A DNA stretch of 64,000 bases from Paraspadella gotoi (Eukaryota; Animalia; Chaetognatha), in assembly GCA_051294375.1 (NCBI GenBank), contig CM119266.1, positions 5,379,210 to 5,443,209 on the forward strand, written 5' to 3'. Positions within the stretch are counted from its first letter, which is position 1. Each line of letters begins with the position of its first letter. The translations under genes were made by a program, and so were the position numbers. Below are positions 11,449 through 26,641 of the stretch, piece by piece. The notes below the pieces were generated by a model. That model searched no databases, was not told the DNA's origin, and was given only the letters and a program-made list of their open reading frames with translations.

Positions 11449-14400
11449 AAAATATGTTTGTCGATTGTTATCAAATTTTATCAGAATGTGATCGTTTTGT
11501 TCCGTCATTTTACGTTGTGGGAACATGAGTCAAAAAAGATTCTTCTTTCGTTGGCATTTTGACTCAACTTTGACTTTGAATCCCAATTTGTTAAAAACCT
11601 CACAAGACCATCTTTCTCATCGGTGAAATTGTGAATAACTTTTTCTTCCCGATTCTCATCCCTGCTACCATTACTTTTTAATATCACATTTCACTTTCTC
11701 TTCTACAACATCAGATCCTGTTGCATCACTACTGCACACTGAATTACACCTCACCAAATTACCTCACATCTCATCAACTCACATAACATCGCATCTCACT
11801 ACATCGCAACACATCTCGACGTATCGTATGACGACAATTGTCCCATTGTTCTGTGGTATTATAACAATTTTTATTTGCAATATGTTACGATGATAGTTAT
11901 ATGTGGAGTGTTATGATTATAAAGTACAATAAATTTTTTACTCTTATTCTGAGGGGATCTAAACATAAATTACAAAATATTTGTAGTAATATCCTTATAA
12001 AATAGTAAAATTTTAAAATGACTTTTTATTAAAGATTCAGATCCTTTATATAAAACGTTGGACCAAAAATAGAAACAATGTTAACAAAAAATTCCGATGT
12101 CTTCAGTGACAAAAATAAGAGAAAAGGCCTAAATTCTGAGCCTTTTGACTTTCTGAAGTAATAACTATTATGAAATTGTTACAATATTTTTATCACTCCA
12201 CCCTAATGTTAAACTGTATACAACTTTCACTTTCACAAGTTTTTCACGTCACGCTCACTGCTCTACCAGTACCAGGATACTTGTCACTTATTAACTCACA
12301 AAGAAGTACATTAAGCATCGGAGCCTTCTTGGATTTCCGACGACTTTTCCCACAAAAACTCGACTCCCAAAATATAAATAAATAAATAATCTTTTTAAAA
12401 AAATTGTTTAAATTCACAAAAAATCACCTTTTTTCCTCGGAAATTCGTAAATAATTTTTTTTCCTTTCCAGTTAAAATAAAAATTTTCGAGATAAAAACA
12501 GGAAGAAAGTTTTTTTTTTTTTCTTTTTTTTCTTTTATCTTTTTCTTTTTTTTTTAAATCCCAACTATTTTTCTCGTCGTGGTTTTTTTTTACGATTTGA
12601 GAAATTCTTCGAAAGAAATTTGGCAACTTTGAAAATATTTATCCGTTTCTACTTTTTATAAAACGAAAATCGTTATTGAATACTGGAATTATCTTCCCCA
12701 ATTTCAGTTGTATTGTTGGAGGCGGATTTATTTGTCTCCAACAGTATTGGACAAAATCGAAGTCCGTCACAAACCGTTTTTTTTTCTTTCTGACCGGCAA
12801 TCGGTAAGTAAGCAATGTGACCTATTGTCCCATTGTATTGGCCTCTCAATGCAAAAAGAACTCATTTCTCAGAATTTTTTTTCGCTTCGATTATGGAACT
12901 GGGCACTCGTTCAATTTTTGTCAACAACCAAAAAAAGGATACTTTAGCCATGTAAACATAAATAAATCATTTATAAAAATAAAGTGACAAACTTAAAAAA
13001 AAAAAACAATGTCAACTCTGACTACATCCTTAATCCGACTTCCTGTCTGCTCGTCTAAAGGATTTGGATCGATGGGCTTATCGCCCACGCTACGCGGCGC
13101 TCGAGGTCGTCGGCGAATCGAAGCCAGAGTCTCGGGTTCGAATCCCGGGATGACGAGAACGGCGAGGGGGCGGAGTGGGGGGTTTTGCGGAGAGGGAGAT
13201 CGGAGGAGGAGGAGGAGGAGGAGGAGGAGGAGGAAGAAGAGGAGGACCACGTGGGCGATAAGCCATCGATCCAAATCCTTTAGACGAGCAGACAGGAAGT
13301 CGGATAAGGATGTAGTCAGAGTTGACATTGTTTTTTTTTTTTAAGTTTGTCACTTTATTTTTATAAATGATTTATTTATGTTTACATGGCTAAAGTATCC
13401 TTTTTTTGGTTGTTGACAAAAATTGAACGAGTGCCCAGTTCCATAATCGAAGCGAAAAAAAAAAATGCTGTGAAATGAGTCAAAGTCTTTTTGCATTGAG
13501 AAACCAATACAATGGGACTATAGGTCACATTGCTTACTTACCGATTGCCGGTCAGAAAGAAAAAAAACGGTTTGTGTCAGACATCGATTTTGTCCAATAC
13601 TGTTGGAGACAAATAAATCCGCCTCCAACAATACAACTGAAATTTGGGAAGATAATTCCAGTATTCAATAACGATTTTCGTTTTATAAAAAGTAGAAACG
13701 GATAAATATTTTCAAAGTTGCCAAATTTCTTTCGAAGAATTTCTCAAATCGTAAAAAAAAACCACGACGAGAAAATAGTTGGGATTTAAAAAAAAAGAAA
13801 AAGATAAAGAAAAAAAAAGAAGAAAAAAAATTTTCTTCCTGTTTTTATCTCGAAAATTTTTATTTCAACTGGAAAGAAAAAAAATTATTTACGAATTTCC
13901 GAGCAAAAAAGGTGATTTTTTTGTGAATTTAAACAATTTTTAAAAAAAGTTATTTATTTATTTATATTTTGGGAGTCGAGTTTTTGTGGGAAAGTCGTCG
14001 GAAATCCAAGAAGGCTCCGATGCTTAATGTACTTCTTTGTGAGTTAATAAGTGACAAGTATCCTGGTACTGGTAGAGCAGTGAGCGTGAAGTGAAAAACT
14101 TGTGAAAGTGAAAGTTGTATCAGTTTAACATTAGGGTGGAGTGATAAAATATTGTAACAATTTCATAATAGTTATTACTTCAGAAAGTCAAAAGGCTCAG
14201 AATTTAGGCCTTTTCTCTTATTTTTGTCACTGAAGACATCGGAATTTTTTGTTAACATTGTTTCTATTTTTGGTCCAACGTTTTATATAAAGGATCTGAA
14301 TCTTATAAAAAGTCATTTTAAAATTTTACTATTTTATAAGGATATTACTACAAATATTTTGTAATTTATGTTTAGATCCCTCAGAATAAGAGTAAAAAAT

Positions 14401-16837
14401 TTATTGTACTTTATAATCATAACACTCCACATATAACTATCATCGTACATATTGCAAATAAAAATTGTTATAATACCACAGAACAATGGGACAATTGTCG
14501 TCATACGATACGTCGAGATGTGTTGCGATGTAGTGAGATGCGATGTTATGTGAGTTGATGAGATGTGAGGTAATTTGGTGAGGTGTAATTCAGTGTGCAG
14601 TAGTGATGCAACAGGATCTGATGTTGTAGAGAGAAAGTGAAATGTGATATTAAAAAGTAATGGTAGCAGGGATGAGAATCGGGAAGAAAAAGTTATTCAC
14701 AATTCACCGATGAGAAAGATGGTCTGTGAGGTTTTAACAAATTGGATTCAAAGTCAAAGTTGAGTCAAAATGCCAATCGAAAGAAGAATCTTTTTGACTC
14801 ATGTTCCCACAAACGTAAAATGACGGAACAAAACGATCACATTCTGATAAAATTTGATAACAATCCGACACATATTTTGGGCTTATTTTCCCAAAGCGCC
14901 CGATTTTATGTGAAATTCGGAAATTAATAATCGGGTTAAAGGTTAGTGATTAAGTTAAGGGATTTGGTTTAAGATTTGGGTTAGGATTTTGGTTAGGACT
15001 TGCATTTAGGGTTAGAGGTTTGGGTTAGATTTAGAGATAAAGGTTTAGGATTAGGTTAATGTTAGGGATTAGGGTTATGGATTAGTTAAAAACATATTTA
15101 GGCAAAATATTAAAAGTATAATTGAATTTTGGAAAAACGAACAGATAGAGGCACTTTTGGAAAGAGAGCCCATGTTTTAAACACAAGACGATCGAATATC
15201 GTAATCACCTCTGAATCAAACGAAAGAGAATCGGGAAGTTATCCCAGATCCTAGAGACTCACTGAGTCAAACTCACAGAAATGTGAAAGCGTCGTGAAAA
15301 ATCATCTTGAGTGAGAAAAACGAAGGATTTTGTCTCGAATCTCCAGAGTGAAAAAAGCATTTGATAAAAGAGCTTTTCTTTTTCTCTCATGAATACAACT
15401 CATTTTTGAAAACGAATTAAGTGACATTAAGTCATTACGTGTATTTTGTCGAATTGTAAAAATATACTATTTTTTGTGTATCTGTTACTGTGTTTGCCCT
15501 GTTGTATGTATCTGTTTCAACTAATTGTTGTAAACTAACATTTTGTGATGTATTTTCATACCATCATCTGTTGTAAAGAAAAGAGACAGTAACACAACCG
15601 GTCATTTTTTTCTATTTATAATTAAATTTGGAATTAGGTTAAATTTTCTGGTAATAAGGGATAAACAAAATCCTTTTACGTTTTTGGTTTTGTTACCAAA
15701 AAATTAAAACCGGAAGAGAAAAAAAGGGAAAAAAAATTGAGAGCGAGACGTTGGAAAAACAGAATTAAATAAAATTAAAAAGGGTTTAACAACAGTTTAA
15801 GCGAGTTATGGTTCGTTTAACAGTTATTCGTGTTTGACTCAAGGAATTCGACTCTATTTTTAAAAAAATAATTTAATGTTCTTTTAAGTTTAACGTATTT
15901 CGACCGCAAGTTAGGTTTGTTTTGTTGGCAAAACTTAAAAAAAAAAAAAAACCTTTTTTAATGTCACGAGGAGTTTTATCAAAAAGTTGGCTTCATTTCC
16001 AAAACGATTAAACGCGACCAAGTTATTTTTGCTGTGACGTTCTTATCTCAATATGGGAAGTATGCTAAACGTATGCGCAGTTATGTGGAGTTGTTATCCA
16101 TCCACCAACCTGCCCCCCCCCCGGCTAAAGTCGATGCCTCGAAGGAAATAAACTAGACAATAAATTACGAACGTAAAAAAAAAAATAAATAAAACACCCA
16201 GATCACGATTAGTGGAAGATTTCGAGTTGGTTTTCAGTTTCCAGAGACTTAAATCACGGATCGCTGTTGAAAGAGGCGAAGTTAAAATCACGTTACGTAC
16301 CTGGACTGCAAGATTTGATTTTAAATTCAAAAGGTTTTTACGGCTAATGTTGACGTCGCTTGTTTTTTTTTTGTTCTAATGTTTTTTTGTTCTAATGTTT
16401 TTTTTGTTTTAATGTTTTTTTTTATTCACGTAATGTCCTAATGATTTTAAACAAGATCTTTCTTCAGAAAATACTAATTTAAAAAACTAAATAAATTCTT
16501 GTAGAATTTTTAAGGGAAAACATTGCATTGTGGTGAATATTGGATGGTAGATGGTGGACGTGAGGCGGCGTGAATGTACCGCCACAGCATCACCGCCTCA
16601 TGTTAATCACGACAGTGCGAGCCTCGATTAAAGTGAAACTTGAGATTATATTATTAACGTTTCCTACATCTAATGATGTTAAAATATACAACAAAAACAA
16701 CAACAAAAAACAACCGCTGACTTTCGAAATAATTTCTTCTAATTACAGATGAAACGCCAAAATTGTAAAGTTTACAATTAAAACAATTAAGATTTCTACT
16801 CGAAAATGTTTGATTAAAATAATTCGTATAGTTTTTT

Positions 16838-17189
16838 TTAACTTTTCCCATCTTCCTCCGAACTGACAAAGTCGGAAATCTCAGGGTCAACGATTAAATC
16901 CTCGTTGCCCAAACGACGACGACGCCCACCGACGCCCACGACGACGAAACGAAAGATTCCGACGGCAAAAGCGACGGCGCCGCACTTCCCTCCTAAAAGC
17001 GCACAGCCTTTGCAGTTGTCGGTGCAAGCATTAAACTTCCGCTCTTTAACGATAACTCCGAAGCAGCAGCCGTCGTTATACCATTTTACGTTTTTCTTGG
17101 CAGAATTGGTTGGACTTGCAATGGGAACCATTTTCAGCGACGCAAAGGACGAGCAGCATCAATGACGGAAGGAAGAAAAGTGGATTCAT
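16838..17189 (-). CDS. Mirror copy of the Cys-rich ORF, with a different 1-nt indel at ~17100
   Basis: ATG at 17189. ORF track 16838..17131(-) gives KKNVKWYNDGCCFGVIVKERKFNACTDNCKGCALLGGKC; the signal peptide lies in the adjacent frame. Confidence 0.55.
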
Positions 17190-17601
17190 TTCTTTTATCA
17201 AAATTATTTTTAAAAAATTAAAGAAATCATTTTTCCCTTCTTAAATTTAAAGGGTCTTTATGGTTTAAAATCTTCGGTTATAGGGATTTTAAGAGTTTAT
17301 TTTAATTTTGTTTGTTTAGTTTTGAAAAAAATTCATCAAATTGCAAACCCAACAATACGCTTTATCATAATAACTTGTAGCTAAGGATTACCGATGAACG
17401 AAAACCGAATAAGGAATGCAGCCTCAATTCTTTCATGTGAATTCTTTAAAGAAAAGTAGATTATCAGATCATCAGATAAAGCGAACATTTTTAGCGCGAA
17501 AAAAAAAAGATGAGAGAGAAAATGAAAAGGAGATAAATGAGGTCGAGAAGTCAGACGAAAAAGTGGAACGGAAAAGATTACGGACAAACATGACCAGAGA
17601 T

Positions 17602-17645
<44 letters not shown>

Positions 17646-17646
17646 T

Positions 17647-17690
<44 letters not shown>

Positions 17691-18034
17691 TAGTTTAGAG
17701 CTATTTAAAAGTATTTAAAATCTTAGTGCCATTATAAAAACGTTGTTGTTAATTTTAATCATAAAAAACAAACTTTGTAGACAAATTTCGCAATAGTTAA
17801 TTGTAACAATCTTTGTTTTGTTAAAAATCTAAATTATATATACTTATAATAGGGAACACGATGTATATTAAGCAAAGTTATTTTGGGTATAACTTTTGAA
17901 CATAATTCGGTTTTTGTAAAATTTTTGTAATACCAACAAAAAAATTATCATTGAGAGTTCGTAACTTTTAGACGCGCGACGGGCGACGTGGACGCGTCAT
18001 TGACGCGTTCACGCAAAAACCGTAACCAAACGTC

Positions 18035-21735
<3,701 letters not shown>

Positions 21736-23099
21736 TTGCGTAACTCGACAAAAGGCATCAAAGCGAAATAAAACAAAAGGAAGCTCGCATAAAAATAAAA
21801 GGGGAAGCGGATGAAAACAAAAGAGAGGCGAATGTAAACAAAAGGGAAAGCCGCATTAACAAAACAAGGGAAGTGTGATATAAAACAACCTCTAACAAAG
21901 AAAACAAATCTATAACACATGGGAGAAACGCGAAGTCGTAAAAATTAAAGTTTCACTAGTAGGATAATAAAATAAATGAAATTCTAATTGCTTTATTTTT
22001 AATCTTCTCCTGTTTATTCAGATATGAAAATCAATAAATTTATAGTTTTATTGTGACGCCTGCAATTTTGTTTTAGTTCTAAAAATAACTTTCACTCGCA
22101 TTTTAAAATTGTTACATTTTGGCTTTTGTGTCTTAAATACTTAAAGTATAAACACTCAGAAATTATCTATAGTTATAACGTTTAAGCGAAATAAAATACT
22201 TTACAACAATTTACAATTTATAATGTAAAGTTAACATATGGTGTGTCTGTGTTGACGACTCGTCCATTAATTACGGTTAAAAGAAGTAATACAAAAAATT
22301 AAAAAATCATTTCTATTTAAGATATAATTAGATAATATTTTATTTTAATAAGATGTTCGCAAGTTAATGTTACAAGCTTCACAACTGTGATAAAAACATT
22401 TCCTATGCTCATATCAGAGTGAAAACACGTAGAACTAGTTTGATTTTATGATCACCAAACTCCTCTTAGGGTCGGATCAATTTGGCTTCTTGGCCATGCT
22501 TCAGCGCTTTTGTAATCTCTCTCCTCTTNNNNNNNNNNNNNNNNNNNNNNNNNTGGATTCTTTCTTTCGCGTCGCCGGAAGAATTGACGCCGTCGAGATT
22601 CGACGCCGGAATCGTTGGGGGGGCGGCGCCGGAACGACGACCAAAGACGACGACGACGACGACGACGACGACGATAAAATATCGAAGAGAAAAAACGAGA
22701 CGAAGAGAAAATCCATTTTGATTTCCGTGAGTTTGATTGATTGATTAATCGATTGATTGATCGATTGATTGATCGATTGACGTATTGATTGATTGATTGA
22801 TCAGTTGATTTATTGATTGCTTTGAACGGACGATTGATGTGATTGGTTGATGGTTATTTGAGAAAGGAATTAAAGACTTGAATGACCTTCGTCGAGATTT
22901 TAACTTCTGGTGAGTAAAGTTTAAGAAATGAATTCAATTTCAAGGTTGTACAAATAAATAATAACCATCCCTACAACAGTTTTAATTTTACTTATAATAT
23001 ATAAATAATATTTAATAAATATTATTTATATTTTGTCCTCAATACATTGGCTTCCTGAGTTAATAATACAATTTTTTTCCCGTTCCGATTTTTTTTCAG

Positions 23100-23771
23100 T
23101 TGAGTACATCTACGACGGAAACGGACGTGGCTCACTACGAGAAAAAACACATTTTCAAGGTGAATGCACAGACAGATTGATTGGCTGACAGATTGATTGG
23201 CTGAGAGATTGAATGACTGACATTTTGATTGGCTGACATTTTGATTGGCTGACAGATTGATTGGCAGACAGATTGATTGGCTGACAGATTTATTGGCTGA
23301 CATTTTGATTGGCTGACACATTGATTGGCTGATATTTTGATTGGCTGACAGATTGATAGGCAGACAGATTGATAGGCAGACAGACTTAACAAACGATAGT
23401 AAGAACGAAGAGATTAGTTTGTCTGGCAAAAAAACAGTCAGAGAAAGATACGAACTGAAAGACATTTCAACAGACGGAAACTTTATCCTACGAAATGACT
23501 TTTGTGGCCTACAGTGCCAAAGATTTATGTTCAATGCCAAATGGCCAAATGACTTAATATTGAGTATTCATTAATCAATATTCAGCACCCAATGCCTAAT
23601 ATTCAGCACTAATGCCTAATATTCAGCAGCCAATACACAACATTGAGTTCTCCATTTCCTCCTCCCATCAGGCCCACACCTTCGCGGGTCTCAATTGGTG
23701 CGATTATTGCGCCAACTTCATGTGGGGCCTCGTCTCGCAGGGCGTCAGGTGTCAGGACTGCGGATTCTCGG
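23100..23771 (+). CDS. CHN1/2: Chimaerin exons 23100-23159 and 23672-23771 (C1 domain, first part); mirror copy
   Basis: [10 protein letters not shown]|[33 protein letters not shown] matches the chimaerin C1 pattern [39 protein letters not shown]. AG/GT boundaries present. Confidence 0.9.
23170..23390. repeat. Intronic minisatellite of ~14-16 bp ttgattggctgaca units (mirror at ~25600-25800)
   Basis: About 10 copies of cagccaatc/gattggctg are visible. Confidence 0.85.
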
Positions 23772-23869
23772 GTAAGGGAGAGGGTGAGGAAGAGGAGGAA
23801 GAGTAAGGACGAGGGTGAGGAAGAGGAAGAGGAGGAAGGAGAAATGTCGAGGCTGGAAGAGACTTTGAA

Positions 23870-24480
23870 GAGAGAGTTGGCTCACTTTTACAAAAGCGCC
23901 CCTTTGGCTCTCTTTTCCAAAAACGACCCTTTTTCTCTTTCATAGAGTTGGCTCTCTTTTCTAAAAACAAACCCTTTTCTCTTTCTTAGAGTTGGCGCTC
24001 TTTTCCAAAAACGCCCCCTTTTCTTTTTCTTAGAGCTGGCGCTCTTTTCCAAAAACGCCCCTATTTCTCTTTCTTAGAGTTGGCTCTTTTTAACAAAAGC
24101 GCCCCCTTTTCTCTTTCTTAATTCCTAAACTTAATTTTAACCCTTAATATTTAACCCTTAATATTTAACCCTGATATATTATAAATCGAATAACCTAAAC
24201 ACTAACCCTAAACCATAAATCATAACCTCTAACCCAAACTCTTAACCTTAATCAATAATTTAGGAATTAAGAAGAGAAAAGGGGGCGCTTTGTTAAAAAG
24301 AAGCCAACTCTAAGAAAGAGAAATAGGGCGTTTTTGGAAAAGAGCGCCAGCTCTAAGAAAAAGAAAAGGGGGCGTTTTTGGAAAAGAGCGCCAACTCTAA
24401 GAAAGAGAAAAGGGTTGGTTTTAGAAAAGAGAGCCAACTCTAATGAAAGAGAAAAGGGTCGTTTTTGGAAAAGAGAGCGT
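23870..24480. repeat. Inverted blocks of ~43-bp tandem units (agagttggcgctcttttccaaaaacgcccccttttctctttctt) around a degenerate telomere-like spacer
   Basis: About 6 units on each side of 24130-24258. The unit core resembles the TIR of the 11150-11448 element. Confidence 0.7.
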
Positions 24481-25212
24481 GAGGAGGAGGAGGCCGACGA
24501 AGATCTTCTATCCCCCTCCCATTTCGCTTCCTTCTCTCTTTCGATCGGGGCTTCGCCGCAGCCACGAGATTTTTCCATTCTAGTTCACTTCCCACTTCTC
24601 TCTCTCTCCGTTAAGACCTTATTTCACTTCCTCTGTAATTTTTATTATTTTCGTGTTTTCGTTTTTTTCATTACATACGCTCTAACCCACTACTCTCGTT
24701 TTACTTTAGCCAATCTTATTTCTAGGTGGCGCCCAATGTGGAGACTGTTTCAACCACGAATCCGCCCTGGATCTCTTTATACCTAATTTCAACAAAAATC
24801 TTTTTTTCCCTCGAATTTCGACTTCGGTAAGATTTTTTCTCTTTTCGCTTCGACTTCAAACCTTTTTTTCTCTTCAAAAATTTCCAAATTTCAATATTTT
24901 TCAAAATTTTTTTTTCCTCTCTTTTTTCTCCTTCGACTTTCGAGTTTTTTTTTTCTCTTCTCTCTCCCCCTTTTCCCGCGATTTCCTAATTTCTCTCTTC
25001 CTTTCTTCTTCTTCATTACAATACGCTTCACCACTACCATTCGTGTTTTACTTTAAGCCAGAGTCTTTATTTCAGGGGAGAGGCCAAAGGGCGCTTTTGT
25101 AAAAGTGAGCCAACTCTCTCTTCAAAGTCTCTTCCAGCCTCGACATTTCTCCTTCCCTCTCTTCCTCTCCTCCCCTCTCCTTACTTTCCTCTCTTCCTCC
25201 CCTCTCCCTTAC

Positions 25213-25872
25213 CCGAGAATCCGCAGTCCTGACACCTCTGACGCCCTGCGAGACGAGCCCCACATGAAGTGCGCAATAATCGCACCAATTGAGACCCGCG
25301 AAGGTGTGGGCCTGATGGGAGGAGGAAATGAGAACTCAATGTGTGTATGGCTGCTGAATATTAGGCATATGCTGAATATTAGGCATTGGGTGCTGAATAT
25401 TGATTAATGAATACTCAATATTAAGTCATTGGCCATTTGGCATTGAACATAAATCTTTGGCACTGTAGGCCACAAAAGTCATTTCGTAGGATAAATTGTC
25501 CGTCTGTTGAAATGTCTTTCAGTTCGTATCTTTCTCTGACTGTTTTTTTGCCAGACAACTAATCTCTTCGTTCTCTATCGTTTGTTAAGTCGGTCTGCCT
25601 ATCAATCTGTCTGCCTATCAATCTGTCAGCCAATCAAATATCAGCCAATCAATGTGTCAGCCAATCAAAATGTCAGCCAATAAATCTGTCAGCCAATCAA
25701 TCTGTCTGCCAATCAATCTTTCAGCCAATCAAAATGTCAGCCAATCAAAATGTCAGTCATTCAATCTCTCAGCCAATCAATCTGTCAGCCAATCAATCTG
25801 TCTGTGCATTCACCTTGAAAATGTGTTTTTTTCTGTAGTGAGCCACGTCGTTTCCGTCGTAGATGTACTCAA
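25213..25872 (-). CDS. CHN1/2: Chimaerin exons 25872-25814 and 25311-25213 (C1 domain); probably the native-orientation copy
   Basis: Reverse complement of 23100-23771 with a few indels. Canonical splice sites. Confidence 0.85.
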
Positions 25873-26240
25873 CTGAAAAAAAATCGAACGGGAAAAAAAT
25901 TGTATTATTAACTCAGGAAGCCAATGTATTGAGACAAAATATAAATAATATTTATTAAATATTATTTATATTATTATAAGTAAAATTAAAACTGTTGTAG
26001 GGATGGTTATTATTTATTTGTACAACCTTGAAATTGAATTCATTTCTTAAACTTTACTCACCAGAAGTTAAAATCTCGACGAAGGTCATTCAAGTCTTTA
26101 ATTCCTTTCTCAAATAACCATCAACCAATCACATCAATCGTCGTTCAAAGCAATCAATAAATCAACTGATCAATCACAATCAATACGTCAATCGATCAAT
26201 CAATCGATAATCAATCGATTAATCAATCAATCAAACTCAC

Positions 26241-26641
26241 GGAAATCAAAATGGATTTTCTCTTCGTCTCGTTTTTTCTCTTCGATATTTTATCGTCGTC
26301 GTGTCGTCGTCGTCTTTGGTCGTCGTTCCGGCGCCGCCCCCCAACGATTCCGGTCCGAATCTCGACGGCGTCATTCTTCCGGCGACGCGAAAGAAAGAAT
26401 CCACTACGCGGCGCTCAGGTCGTCGGCGAATCGAAGCCAGAGTCTCGGGTTCGAATCCCGGGGATGACGAGAACGGCGAGGGGGCGGAGTGGGGGGTTTT
26501 TGCGGAGAGGAGACGGAGGAGGAGGAGGAGAGGGAGAGGAGGAGGAAGAAGAGTGAGGACCACGTGGGCGATAAGCCCTCGATCCAAATCCTTTAGACGA
26601 GCAGACAGGAAGTCGGATAGAGATGTAGTCAGAGTTGACAT
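26241..26641 (-). CDS. Putative 5' coding exon of chimaerin (MSTLTTSLSDFLSARLKDLDR...KRKSILIS); internal frame uncertain
   Basis: A-rich context aaaacaATG, GC-rich coding-like composition and a gtgagt donor. Copies at 13090-13328 and 22554-22726 disagree in frame through the (CCT)n tract. Confidence 0.35.

Larger units (their letters stand above)
22554..26403. other. Second fold-back duplication with spacer 24130-24258; left arm lacks ~600 bp present in the right arm
   Basis: Chimaerin exons appear on + (23100, 23672) and - (25872, 25311). Arms meet as attcctaaa..spacer..tttaggaat. 24480-25085 is absent from the left arm at a gctctc microhomology. Confidence 0.9.

Noticed and set aside
22514-22528. 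atctctctc just before 25-N gaps (also 41561), resembling the start of a SMRTbell adapter
   Set aside because: Too short and indistinguishable from the abundant native (CT)n.
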